This document shows positions 18,301 through 25,508 of a stretch of 64,000 nt of DNA, piece after piece (positions within the stretch are counted from its first letter, which is position 1; every line of letters begins with the position of its first letter). This stretch comes from an uncultured Gammaproteobacteria bacterium (GTDB lineage Bacteria > Patescibacteriota > Patescibacteriia > Patescibacteriales > GWC2-42-12), in NCBI GenBank assembly GCA_964431805.1, contig CAYSKV010000004.1:12201-76200 (forward strand). The letters run 5' to 3'. Position numbers and translations under genes: made by a program. The notes below the pieces were generated by a model. The model was not told the DNA's origin, did no database searches, and saw nothing but the letters and a program-made list of their open reading frames with translations.

Positions 18301-19326
18301 GAACCAGGAACTCAGCTTACTATGAGAACCTTTCATACTGGAGGTGTGGCTGGTCAAGAAGATATTACTCAGGGCTTACCAAGAGTAGAAGAAATTTTCG
18401 AAGGACGACCGCCAAAAAAGAAAGCTTTTATCGCTGATGTTGCCGGTAAGGTTAAAATTGAAACCGCCCAAAGAACTATTGCTCATGAAACTGGCGAAAT
18501 GATTATTTCTAATCCGCAATCAAAAATTTTAAAGATATATTATCAGGGCGCGGAAAGCGATAAATATTATTTTGCTGAAGCGATTAAAGAAGCTAGAGCA
18601 GAAGATAAAGATAATAAAAATAAAGAAGTAAAAATATTAGTTAAGGACGGAGCAGAAGTCGTTAAAAATAGCGAACTATTTTCCGTTGGTAAAAAGGTTT
18701 TTAAAGCTAGAAAAGCTGGCGTAATAAAATTAGACGAAAAGTTAATTAAAATTGTTAGCGACGTAGAAAAAGTTAAAGAATATATTGTGCCGAAAGGTTT
18801 TGGTATTTGGGTTAAAGATGGCGAAGAAGTTAAAATTGGCGATCAATTAACTGAAGGTTCGTTTGATCTACATCAATTATTTCAATTACGCGGTAAATTA
18901 GAAGCGCAAAAATATATTATTAAAGAAATTCAATATGTTTATTCATCTCAAGGTCAGCCTTTAAATGATAAACATATAGAAATAATCGCTCGCCAGATGT
19001 TTGCTCGTGTTTACGTTAATGATGCCGGTGATACAGAATTATTACCAGGAGAAATTGTGGAAAAAGCGATTTTTGACCGAACTAATGAAGAGACTAAATC
19101 TAGTGGAAAAAAAGTAGCCAAAGGCGATCAGTTATTATTAGGCATAACTAAATCATCTTTAACCACTAATAGCTTTTTGTCAGCGGCTTCATTTCAAGAA
19201 ACCGCCAGAGTTTTAATTGACGCAGCTGTTACCGGCAAAGTTGATCATCTTGAAGGTTTAAAAGAAAATGTTATTATTGGTCGGCCAATTCCAGCTGGCA
19301 CGGGTTATCGGGCGAAAGCAGATTAA
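15382..19326 (+). CDS. rpoC: DNA-directed RNA polymerase subunit beta'
   Basis: 1314 aa. Zinc-binding [21 protein letters not shown], catalytic NADFDGDQM, bridge-helix and trigger-loop regions. Confidence 0.98.
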   Translation: [1314 protein letters not shown]

Positions 19327-19360
19327 ATTGTTATTTGTTCTTTTTTATATAAAACAAAAA

Positions 19361-19394
19361 AGGCATTACGGTGAAAACCATAATGCCTTTTTTG
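19361..19394. terminator. Bidirectional terminator between convergent rpoC and porB
   Basis: AGGCATTA (19361-19368) / TAATGCCT (19381-19388), flanked by an A-run upstream and a T-run downstream. Confidence 0.8.
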
Positions 19395-19403
19395 TTTGAG
19401 TAA

Positions 19404-20309
19404 TTATTTCAAATTATATTTTTTTACATTTTCATCGGCCAGTTTTTGAATATAAGCGATTTGTTTTTTTCCTGAACCATTTTTAAATAGATGTTTAAAT
19501 CTGCCTTGCGGTTTTAAATAATTTTCAACTGGCGGACGCTGAGCTGGTACTTTTATTACTTCGCTAAGTTGACCATTTACATATTCGACTGCTGGATAAA
19601 TGCCAGTCTGTACGGCTAATTTAGCTAAATTTATAGTTTGGTTGGGTTCAATTTTCCAGCCTGGTATGCAAGGCACTAAAATTTGTAGATATGAAGGGCC
19701 CGGAGTGGCTATAGCCTTTTTAACTTTTTTAATTATATCTAATGGGTAAGCGACCGTAGTTTGCGCTACATATTTTAAGCCGTGCGCTAAAGCGATAGCT
19801 AGCATGTCTTTTTTTATAAAATGTGAACCAATACCGTTGATATCGGGTGAAGTTCCGGCCGGAGTAGTCGTAGTGTTAGCGGCCCAGGGAGTAGCTGCGC
19901 TAGCTTGTGCACCTGTGTTCATATAGCCTTCGTTATCGTAACAAACATAAAGAATATTTTCACCGCGTTCCCACATGCCGCTAATTAAGCCAAAACCGAT
20001 ATCAAAAGTGCCACCATCGCCGCCTTGGGCAACAACTTTAATTTTTTTGTCTTTACCTTGCGTTTTTAAGGCAGCTTGAATGCCCGAAGCAACGGCCGTG
20101 GCATTTTCAAATAAAGAATGAATCCAGGGCATGCCCCAACTTGATTCTGGGTAAGGCGTGGTGACAACTTCTAAACAACCGGTGGCGTTAGCGATAATAG
20201 TATCCGGGCCTAAACTGTCGGCCACTAATCGGGCCGCAATCATCTGGCCGCAACCAGCGCAACCGCGATGACCTGGAGAAAAAAGAGTTTTTCTTGTATT
20301 ATTTTTCAT
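19404..20309 (-). CDS. porB: Pyruvate (2-oxoacid):ferredoxin oxidoreductase beta subunit (TPP-binding)
   Basis: N-terminal GHRGCAGCG cysteine motif and TPP-binding GGDGGTFDIG. Confidence 0.9.
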   Translation of the reverse strand: MKNNTRKTLFSPGHRGCAGCGQMIAARLVADSLGPDTIIANATGCLEVVTTPYPESSWGMPWIHSLFENATAVASGIQAALKTQGKDKKIKVVAQGGDGGTFDIGFGLISGMWERGENILYVCYDNEGYMNTGAQASAATPWAANTTTTPAGTSPDINGIGSHFIKKDMLAIALAHGLKYVAQTTVAYPLDIIKKVKKAIATPGPSYLQILVPCIPGWKIEPNQTINLAKLAVQTGIYPAVEYVNGQLSEVIKVPAQRPPVENYLKPQGRFKHLFKNGSGKKQIAYIQKLADENVKKYNLK

Positions 20310-20321
20310 GTTTTTATAATT

Positions 20322-20534
20322 TTAATTGGCTTCAGCAATTTGTTTTTTAAAATTTTTAATTTCTTTTGCTTTATATATTTGACCAATAAATTTAGACGCA
20401 TTAAGTATTTCAATTAAAACAGGTTTTTTGGATTTTGATAAATGAATAATAAAATTACCAAGTTCAATCGCGTTTTTAATTGGATCTTTAGTAATTTCCC
20501 AGCTTATAATATTAGCTTCAATATCGTATTGCAT
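20322..20534 (-). CDS. DUF2283-like small protein (putative antitoxin partner)
   Basis: 70 aa. MQYDIEANIISWEI...PVLIEILNASKF matches my recollection of the DUF2283/YuzE pattern (YD.EAD..Y......GIEIL.AS). Confidence 0.5.
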   Translation of the reverse strand: MQYDIEANIISWEITKDPIKNAIELGNFIIHLSKSKKPVLIEILNASKFIGQIYKAKEIKNFKKQIAEAN

Positions 20535-20538
20535 AATT

Positions 20539-20754
20539 TTATTTAATAGGAAAAAAAGTTATAATTTTTATTATTTCAGCCTCTTTTTTATAAATAACTT
20601 TTATATTTTCTTTTTGCGCCGTCAAAAGTTTATCTTTTTTTCCGGCTTTGTCAGGCGCGCTAACCGTATCTTCAATTTGCTCGCGCGTAAAAAAGATTTT
20701 ATGTTTATTTAATAAATCAAATTTTTGTTCGGCGTATTTAGTAAAGTAAAACAT
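20539..20754 (-). CDS. DUF4258-like small protein (putative toxin partner)
   Basis: 71 aa. FTKYAEQKF...FTREQIEDTV...IKVIYKKEAEIIKIITFFP resembles the DUF4258 pattern. A 4-nt gap separates it from the DUF2283-like ORF. Confidence 0.45.
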   Translation of the reverse strand: MFYFTKYAEQKFDLLNKHKIFFTREQIEDTVSAPDKAGKKDKLLTAQKENIKVIYKKEAEIIKIITFFPIK

Positions 20755-20755
20755 A

Positions 20756-21190
20756 TTATTTGGGGAAAGCCGTGCTATTTGGGCAAAAACTTAAGCCGTA
20801 ATTAATATCTTGTAATTTAAACATATCAATAATTCCTCCCAATGGTCTTAGGTCAATAGTTAGTTTACAAGCATCTTCTTTTTTTATTTCTAAAATTTTA
20901 ATAAATTTTTTTTCTGCATTTTCGCGAGCTACTTGAATGTCAGGGCTACTAATAATGATAGAAAAACGATTAGTTTTTTTATCATACGTAAAAAAATAAT
21001 TCTGATTTTTATTATAGTAGAAAGTTCCATTGATATTTTCAAAATTTTTATTAGTTTCTGGGTCAACAATTTTAATAATACCAGAAGGGGATTCTAGATA
21101 AACCTTTTTACTTTGAAGAGAATAAAATATAATAATACTGATAAGTAAAATTATAATAAAGAATAGTATTAAAAAGTATTTTTTTTTCAT
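20756..21190 (-). CDS. Hypothetical membrane-anchored/exported protein
   Basis: ATG at 21190 (MKKKYFLILFFIIILLISIIIF) is preferred over the overlapping GTG at 21220. One N-terminal TM segment. No family recognised. Confidence 0.55.
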   Translation of the reverse strand: MKKKYFLILFFIIILLISIIIFYSLQSKKVYLESPSGIIKIVDPETNKNFENINGTFYYNKNQNYFFTYDKKTNRFSIIISSPDIQVARENAEKKFIKILEIKKEDACKLTIDLRPLGGIIDMFKLQDINYGLSFCPNSTAFPK

Positions 21191-21210
21191 ATTTTTAATT
21201 ATTAAATTTA

Positions 21211-22542
21211 TTATTTGCACTTATTATAGCTAGTTGTCCATGGATCCCATCTTCTTGCAGTATACAAATTACAAGCAAGCTTTATATTGTTCGCTGGCGT
21301 TAATAAATAATTTGAGCAAGTAGCGTAAAGACTAGAATCTTTTTTGTAGCAATTTCTTGCTTTGCATATAGTTGTTCCTGGCCAATATTCAAGACAACAT
21401 CCTATCGATGAATTACTATTTAAGCATGTTCTACCACTAGCATATGGATTACTTGCTGGTGTATTACCTGCGACAGCGATGCCGCCAGTGCCACCAGCTC
21501 CGCCGCACTCATTTGCACCCCCATGAGAATCAATCATGTTTATTTGCCACATACCCATTGAAAAAGCACTACCATCAGCGCATAAGTCAGTAGTGCTTGG
21601 TATGGATCTACCTTGGCTTTCCCTTTGACAGACGCAAGATGCTGTTGCTGCGTCTGCTGCCATACAGGTGCCGTTAAAATTTGCTTCTACACAGTTTCCT
21701 GTACCAGTAGCAATTTTTGAGCAGCAACAATGATAGACAACGTTGCCTGAGTCAGCGGTAGTTTGTGTTCCGCATTTACTTGTTTCAGTAGATATTATTT
21801 TATTTGTGTCGCCTCCGCATATAGTATCGCCTACGCCGCCCTCAGTGCCAATAGTATCTGGGATCCAAGTGCATGCGCCAGAAATAGCCGTTTCTATTTT
21901 TTTTACTTGAGTAATTTGCAGTGGGTTAAAAACAGTTAAGGCTGGGTTTATTTGATATAGAATTAAGTAAGAACATAAAGCAATAACCAAGCCGGTTAGA
22001 GAGGCGCCAACCCAGGATTTAGCTTCACCAATCATGGTTGCGCTACCGCCGGCCACAATCCACATTACGCCGCCGATCATTAAAACCACGGCTGCTAAAA
22101 TACCAACGATGCCGATTGCATATTGATATATTCCGGCAACATATTCGCCGATCCAATTTACAGAACAGACATTTTCACCTTTATCATTAGTTTTACAAGT
22201 ACTAGGAGAAAAAGTTAAATTAGGGATTGGTATTTGCAGTTTAGGCATGGTAGTATTTAGACCAGTAGCTTTAGGTGTTGTGGTTGGAGCTGCAGTGCAA
22301 GTTGTCGACGTATCACAGCAACATTCACAATTACTTGCGCTAGTACACATAACAGGTTTTTGGGGGTTACCAGGGCAATTGTCAAAACTACATGAAATTT
22401 GTCCATAATTACTACAATGTTTATCGCCCTGTATTACAGAATAATTGCAAGCCGCTTGAGCTATAGTTGGAAAATAAAAAAGACTAAATATTAAAAATAA
22501 TAATGGTAAATAGAATATAATTTTTGTTTTTTTGGATTTCAT
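21211..22542 (-). CDS. Cys-rich exported protein: TrbC/VirB2-like pilin hairpin fused to a C-terminal lysozyme-like domain
   Basis: Signal peptide ending AQA. Two-TM hairpin AIGIVGILAAVVLMIGGVMWIVAGG...AKSWVGASLTGLVIALCSYLIL. The C-terminal domain has CQRES (E308-S309) and SMGMWQIN (aa 328-335), like the catalytic Glu-Ser and GLMQ(IN) of SLT/lysozyme folds. Confidence 0.6.
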   Translation of the reverse strand: MKSKKTKIIFYLPLLFLIFSLFYFPTIAQAACNYSVIQGDKHCSNYGQISCSFDNCPGNPQKPVMCTSASNCECCCDTSTTCTAAPTTTPKATGLNTTMPKLQIPIPNLTFSPSTCKTNDKGENVCSVNWIGEYVAGIYQYAIGIVGILAAVVLMIGGVMWIVAGGSATMIGEAKSWVGASLTGLVIALCSYLILYQINPALTVFNPLQITQVKKIETAISGACTWIPDTIGTEGGVGDTICGGDTNKIISTETSKCGTQTTADSGNVVYHCCCSKIATGTGNCVEANFNGTCMAADAATASCVCQRESQGRSIPSTTDLCADGSAFSMGMWQINMIDSHGGANECGGAGGTGGIAVAGNTPASNPYASGRTCLNSNSSIGCCLEYWPGTTICKARNCYKKDSSLYATCSNYLLTPANNIKLACNLYTARRWDPWTTSYNKCK

Positions 22543-22552
22543 AACTTAATTT

Positions 22553-23446
22553 TTAAAAAGATGCACCTCCACTTGCTTTATAACAAGAATATAGCGTTGA
22601 TGAACATGGTCTTCCTCCAGAAATTAATGCAGGTTTAGGATTAAGAGTTTGAAGAGTTGTCGCAGAATAGCATTGACCTGAACCATCACCGCACCATTCA
22701 TTCTCATTAGCTTTTCCAAAGCAATTTCCAACGCCATCACACCATCCTGATCCACTATTACAACTGTCTCCAATTTTTGATCCCGCTGTACAAACACCAA
22801 TAGAACCTATTGCTGTAATATCCGTTGTGACCGTTTGTACTGTTGTAGTTTTAAAATTCACTAACGCCGGGTTTACTGTAGCTAAAATAAAGTAAGAGCA
22901 TAAAGCTAAAAGTAAACCGGTTAAAGAGGCGCCAATCCAAGATTTGGCTTCGCCGATAGCTGTAGCATTACCGCCAGCCACAATCCACATTACGCCGCCG
23001 ATCATTAAAACTACGGCTGCTAAAATACCGACGATGCCGATAGCGTATTTATAAATTGCTCTAATGTATTGACCTATCATGGTGGTTGAGCCGTCTGGAG
23101 TATATGCTTTTCCTTTCTGGAAATCAGTACCTATCCCGACTTGGGGAGTAAAAGAAGCTTTTTTCCCGTCAGTAGATGCTGCGGCCGTAGGTGCAGCAGT
23201 AGGAGTGGTTACGTTTTCACAACAACATTCACAGTTACTTGTATCAGTACACATTGTAGGCTTAGTTTGGCTAGCGCAACTAGAAAAATCACTTAAAGTT
23301 TGTCCATAGTCACTACAGTGTTTGCTAGCTTGTATTACAGAATAATTACAAGCCGCTTGTGTTATAATAGGGAAATAAAAAATATTAATTATAAATAACA
23401 ATATTAAGGGTAAATATAGTATAATTTTTATTTTTTTTGGATTCAT
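22553..23446 (-). CDS. Cys-rich exported TrbC/VirB2-like pilin-hairpin protein (paralog of 21211-22542)
   Basis: The signal peptide and first ~50 aa, and the two-TM hairpin (AIGIVGILAAVVLMIGGVMWIVAGG...AKSWIGASLTGLLLALCSYFIL), are nearly identical to the neighbour. The Cys/Gly-rich C-terminus is different. Confidence 0.65.
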   Translation of the reverse strand: MNPKKIKIILYLPLILLFIINIFYFPIITQAACNYSVIQASKHCSDYGQTLSDFSSCASQTKPTMCTDTSNCECCCENVTTPTAAPTAAASTDGKKASFTPQVGIGTDFQKGKAYTPDGSTTMIGQYIRAIYKYAIGIVGILAAVVLMIGGVMWIVAGGNATAIGEAKSWIGASLTGLLLALCSYFILATVNPALVNFKTTTVQTVTTDITAIGSIGVCTAGSKIGDSCNSGSGWCDGVGNCFGKANENEWCGDGSGQCYSATTLQTLNPKPALISGGRPCSSTLYSCYKASGGASF

Positions 23447-23458
23447 ATTATTATATTA

Positions 23459-24628
23459 TTATTTTCCAATAAATTGAGCTTTGTCGGATTTTTTATTGGC
23501 TTGTTTAATTATTTTTTTAATAATTTCTTTAGTAATATCGCGTCCACCTAAACCAACAACAAAACTAGCAATGTTGGCGTTAGTTTTTCCCTGGGCGAAA
23601 GCTTTAATTTCTGAAGCTAATATGCCCGTAGCTCCTAGCGAAATAGATTTATCTATAATCGCGATATTTTTAGCCGGTTTAATTATTTTTAAAATTTCAT
23701 CAGTTGGAAATGGTCTAAAACATTTAATTTTTAAAATGCCAATTTTATTTGATTTACCAATGGTTTCTTTAATAGTGCCGATAACCGAACCCATGGCCAC
23801 AACTATAGTATTAGGCTTTTTCGGACCAGAATATTCTATTAAACCATTATTTATAGATTTTTGATTTTTTAAATCAGGAAAAGTTTTGTTAAATTTTTTA
23901 TATTCTTGGTCTATAGTTTTTAAACTGGCGGTTAAATCTTCATGCAATTCCTGCCTGATTTCCATATAATAGGCTGGCGTGGCTAAGGCGCCTAAAGTCG
24001 TCGGATTAGCTGGGTCTAGGAATTGCCCTGATGCAGGTTTATAATTAGGTAAATATTTTTTTATTTGTTGCTCAGTTGGGATAATGACCGGTTCATAAGT
24101 ATGGGTCATAACAAAGCCGTCAACATTTATCATAACAGGCAATTTTAACTGCTCGGCGATTTTAAAAGCCATAATATGCTGATTAACCGCTTCTTGATGA
24201 TTTTCTGCGAACAGTAAAATCCAACCGGCATCTCTAACCGCCATTACATCTTGCTGATCATTCCAAATATTAATCGGCGCGCTTACCGCTCGATTAGCGC
24301 AAGTCATAACTATTGGTAATCTCATGCCAGCGATATTATAAATTACTTCGGCCATAAGAAGTAAGCCCTGTGAACTTGTAGCGCTATAAGCTCGTACGCC
24401 GGTAGCGCTAGCGCCTAAAACTATGGAAGCGGCTGCAAATTCTGATTCAGCGCGCACATATTCATAATCGGCTTGGCCGTCAGCTTTAAATTTGGCAAGA
24501 TCTTCAACAATATGAGTTTGGGGAGTAATTGGGTAAGCGGAAACGACGGCTGGACGGATATTTTTAACGGTTAAAGCAATTGCGCGAGAACCTTCTAAAA
24601 TTTGTTGTTTATTATTTTTATTTGTCAT
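23459..24628 (-). CDS. porA: Pyruvate:ferredoxin oxidoreductase alpha subunit
   Basis: 389 aa. GSRAIALTVKNIRPAVVSAYPITPQT, and the architecture typical of PorA/VorA alpha subunits. Confidence 0.9.
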   Translation of the reverse strand: MTNKNNKQQILEGSRAIALTVKNIRPAVVSAYPITPQTHIVEDLAKFKADGQADYEYVRAESEFAAASIVLGASATGVRAYSATSSQGLLLMAEVIYNIAGMRLPIVMTCANRAVSAPINIWNDQQDVMAVRDAGWILLFAENHQEAVNQHIMAFKIAEQLKLPVMINVDGFVMTHTYEPVIIPTEQQIKKYLPNYKPASGQFLDPANPTTLGALATPAYYMEIRQELHEDLTASLKTIDQEYKKFNKTFPDLKNQKSINNGLIEYSGPKKPNTIVVAMGSVIGTIKETIGKSNKIGILKIKCFRPFPTDEILKIIKPAKNIAIIDKSISLGATGILASEIKAFAQGKTNANIASFVVGLGGRDITKEIIKKIIKQANKKSDKAQFIGK

Positions 24629-24629
24629 A

Positions 24630-24920
24630 TTATTTTTCTTGTCTTTCCATTTTTATGGCTTTAAATGGGCACTCAACTGCGCATAAGCCACAACCCTTAC
24701 AATACAATAAATCACATTCAAAATATTTTTTACCGCTAGCGTTAGTTTTTTCGGTTTGATTAATTATGCCTTCAGGACAAATTCGTTGGCAAATGCCGCA
24801 AGCCGTGCATGCGTCATGTAAAAAATTTGGCCGGTTAGTGCGCCAGGCGCCGGTTTTATTTATTAATGTTGTGTTTGGTGAAACTGAAATATTATTTTTT
24901 ACCCCGTTAGATAGTCTCAT
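24630..24920 (-). CDS. porD: Pyruvate:ferredoxin oxidoreductase delta subunit (2x[4Fe-4S] ferredoxin)
   Basis: Two CxxCxxCxxxCP motifs: CTACGICQRICP and CKGCGLCAVECP. Confidence 0.9.
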   Translation of the reverse strand: MRLSNGVKNNISVSPNTTLINKTGAWRTNRPNFLHDACTACGICQRICPEGIINQTEKTNASGKKYFECDLLYCKGCGLCAVECPFKAIKMERQEK

Positions 24921-24961
24921 GTTTTTTAGTTATACCCCGTAAAATAATTATCTAACGGGGT
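24901..24961 (-). promoter_or_regulatory. 13-bp perfect inverted repeat enclosing the porD start codon (porG-porD junction)
   Basis: ACCCCGTTAGATA (24901-24913) is the exact reverse complement of TATCTAACGGGGT (24949-24961). A third partial copy, ACCCCGT, sits at 24934-24940. The porD ATG (24920-24918) lies inside. Confidence 0.6.
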
Positions 24962-25500
24962 GAATATTTGTATGCCTGTTCAATTGCTTTTATATTTTTT
25001 TCTATTAAATCATTATGGCCGGCAAATTTTTCTTCAATGGCTTGTTTTAAAGCAGCTAAACTTATTAAGCCAGTTGCTTTAGCAAAAGCGCCCAAAATAA
25101 CCGTATTAACAATATTTTTACCGATTATTTCTAAGGCGATTTTAGTGGCGTCAATCGTATAAATATTGGCTTGTGGCAGATTAATTTTTAAATCACGCTT
25201 AGCTTTAGACGTGTTAATAATGGCGATAGTTTTTTTGTCCGCGCCTTTAGTCATGTCAAAATTATCAAGCAGACTAGCGTCTTGAATAATTAAAATGTTT
25301 GGTTGATAAATTTGTTCTCTGGTTATTATTGGTTTATCGTCTATGCGGGCATAAGCTTCTACTGGAGCGCCGGTTCTTTCTACGCCGAAAGAGGGGAAAG
25401 CTTGCGCTTGCTCGCCGTTTTTAAAAGCGGCGATGGCGATTAGTTCAGCAGCCGTTACTACGCCTTGGCCGCCGCGGCCATGAATTCTAATTTGTATCAT
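24952..25500 (-). CDS. porG: Pyruvate:ferredoxin oxidoreductase gamma subunit
   Basis: MIQIRIHGRGGQGVVTAAELIA N-terminus, typical of PorG/PorC. Confidence 0.9.
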   Translation of the reverse strand: MIQIRIHGRGGQGVVTAAELIAIAAFKNGEQAQAFPSFGVERTGAPVEAYARIDDKPIITREQIYQPNILIIQDASLLDNFDMTKGADKKTIAIINTSKAKRDLKINLPQANIYTIDATKIALEIIGKNIVNTVILGAFAKATGLISLAALKQAIEEKFAGHNDLIEKNIKAIEQAYKYSPR

Positions 25501-25508
25501 AAATAAAA

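Noticed and set aside
20310-23458. The por-embedded cassette as an integrated mobile element or prophage remnant
   Set aside because: There is no integrase, transposase or recombinase, no flanking direct or inverted repeats at 20310-20321 or 23447-23458, and no tRNA. I therefore report it as an operon-embedded cassette of unknown origin.
23079-23864. Plus-strand ORFs (76 aa and 127 aa) opposite the pilin-like gene and porA
   Set aside because: They are antisense to well-supported genes.
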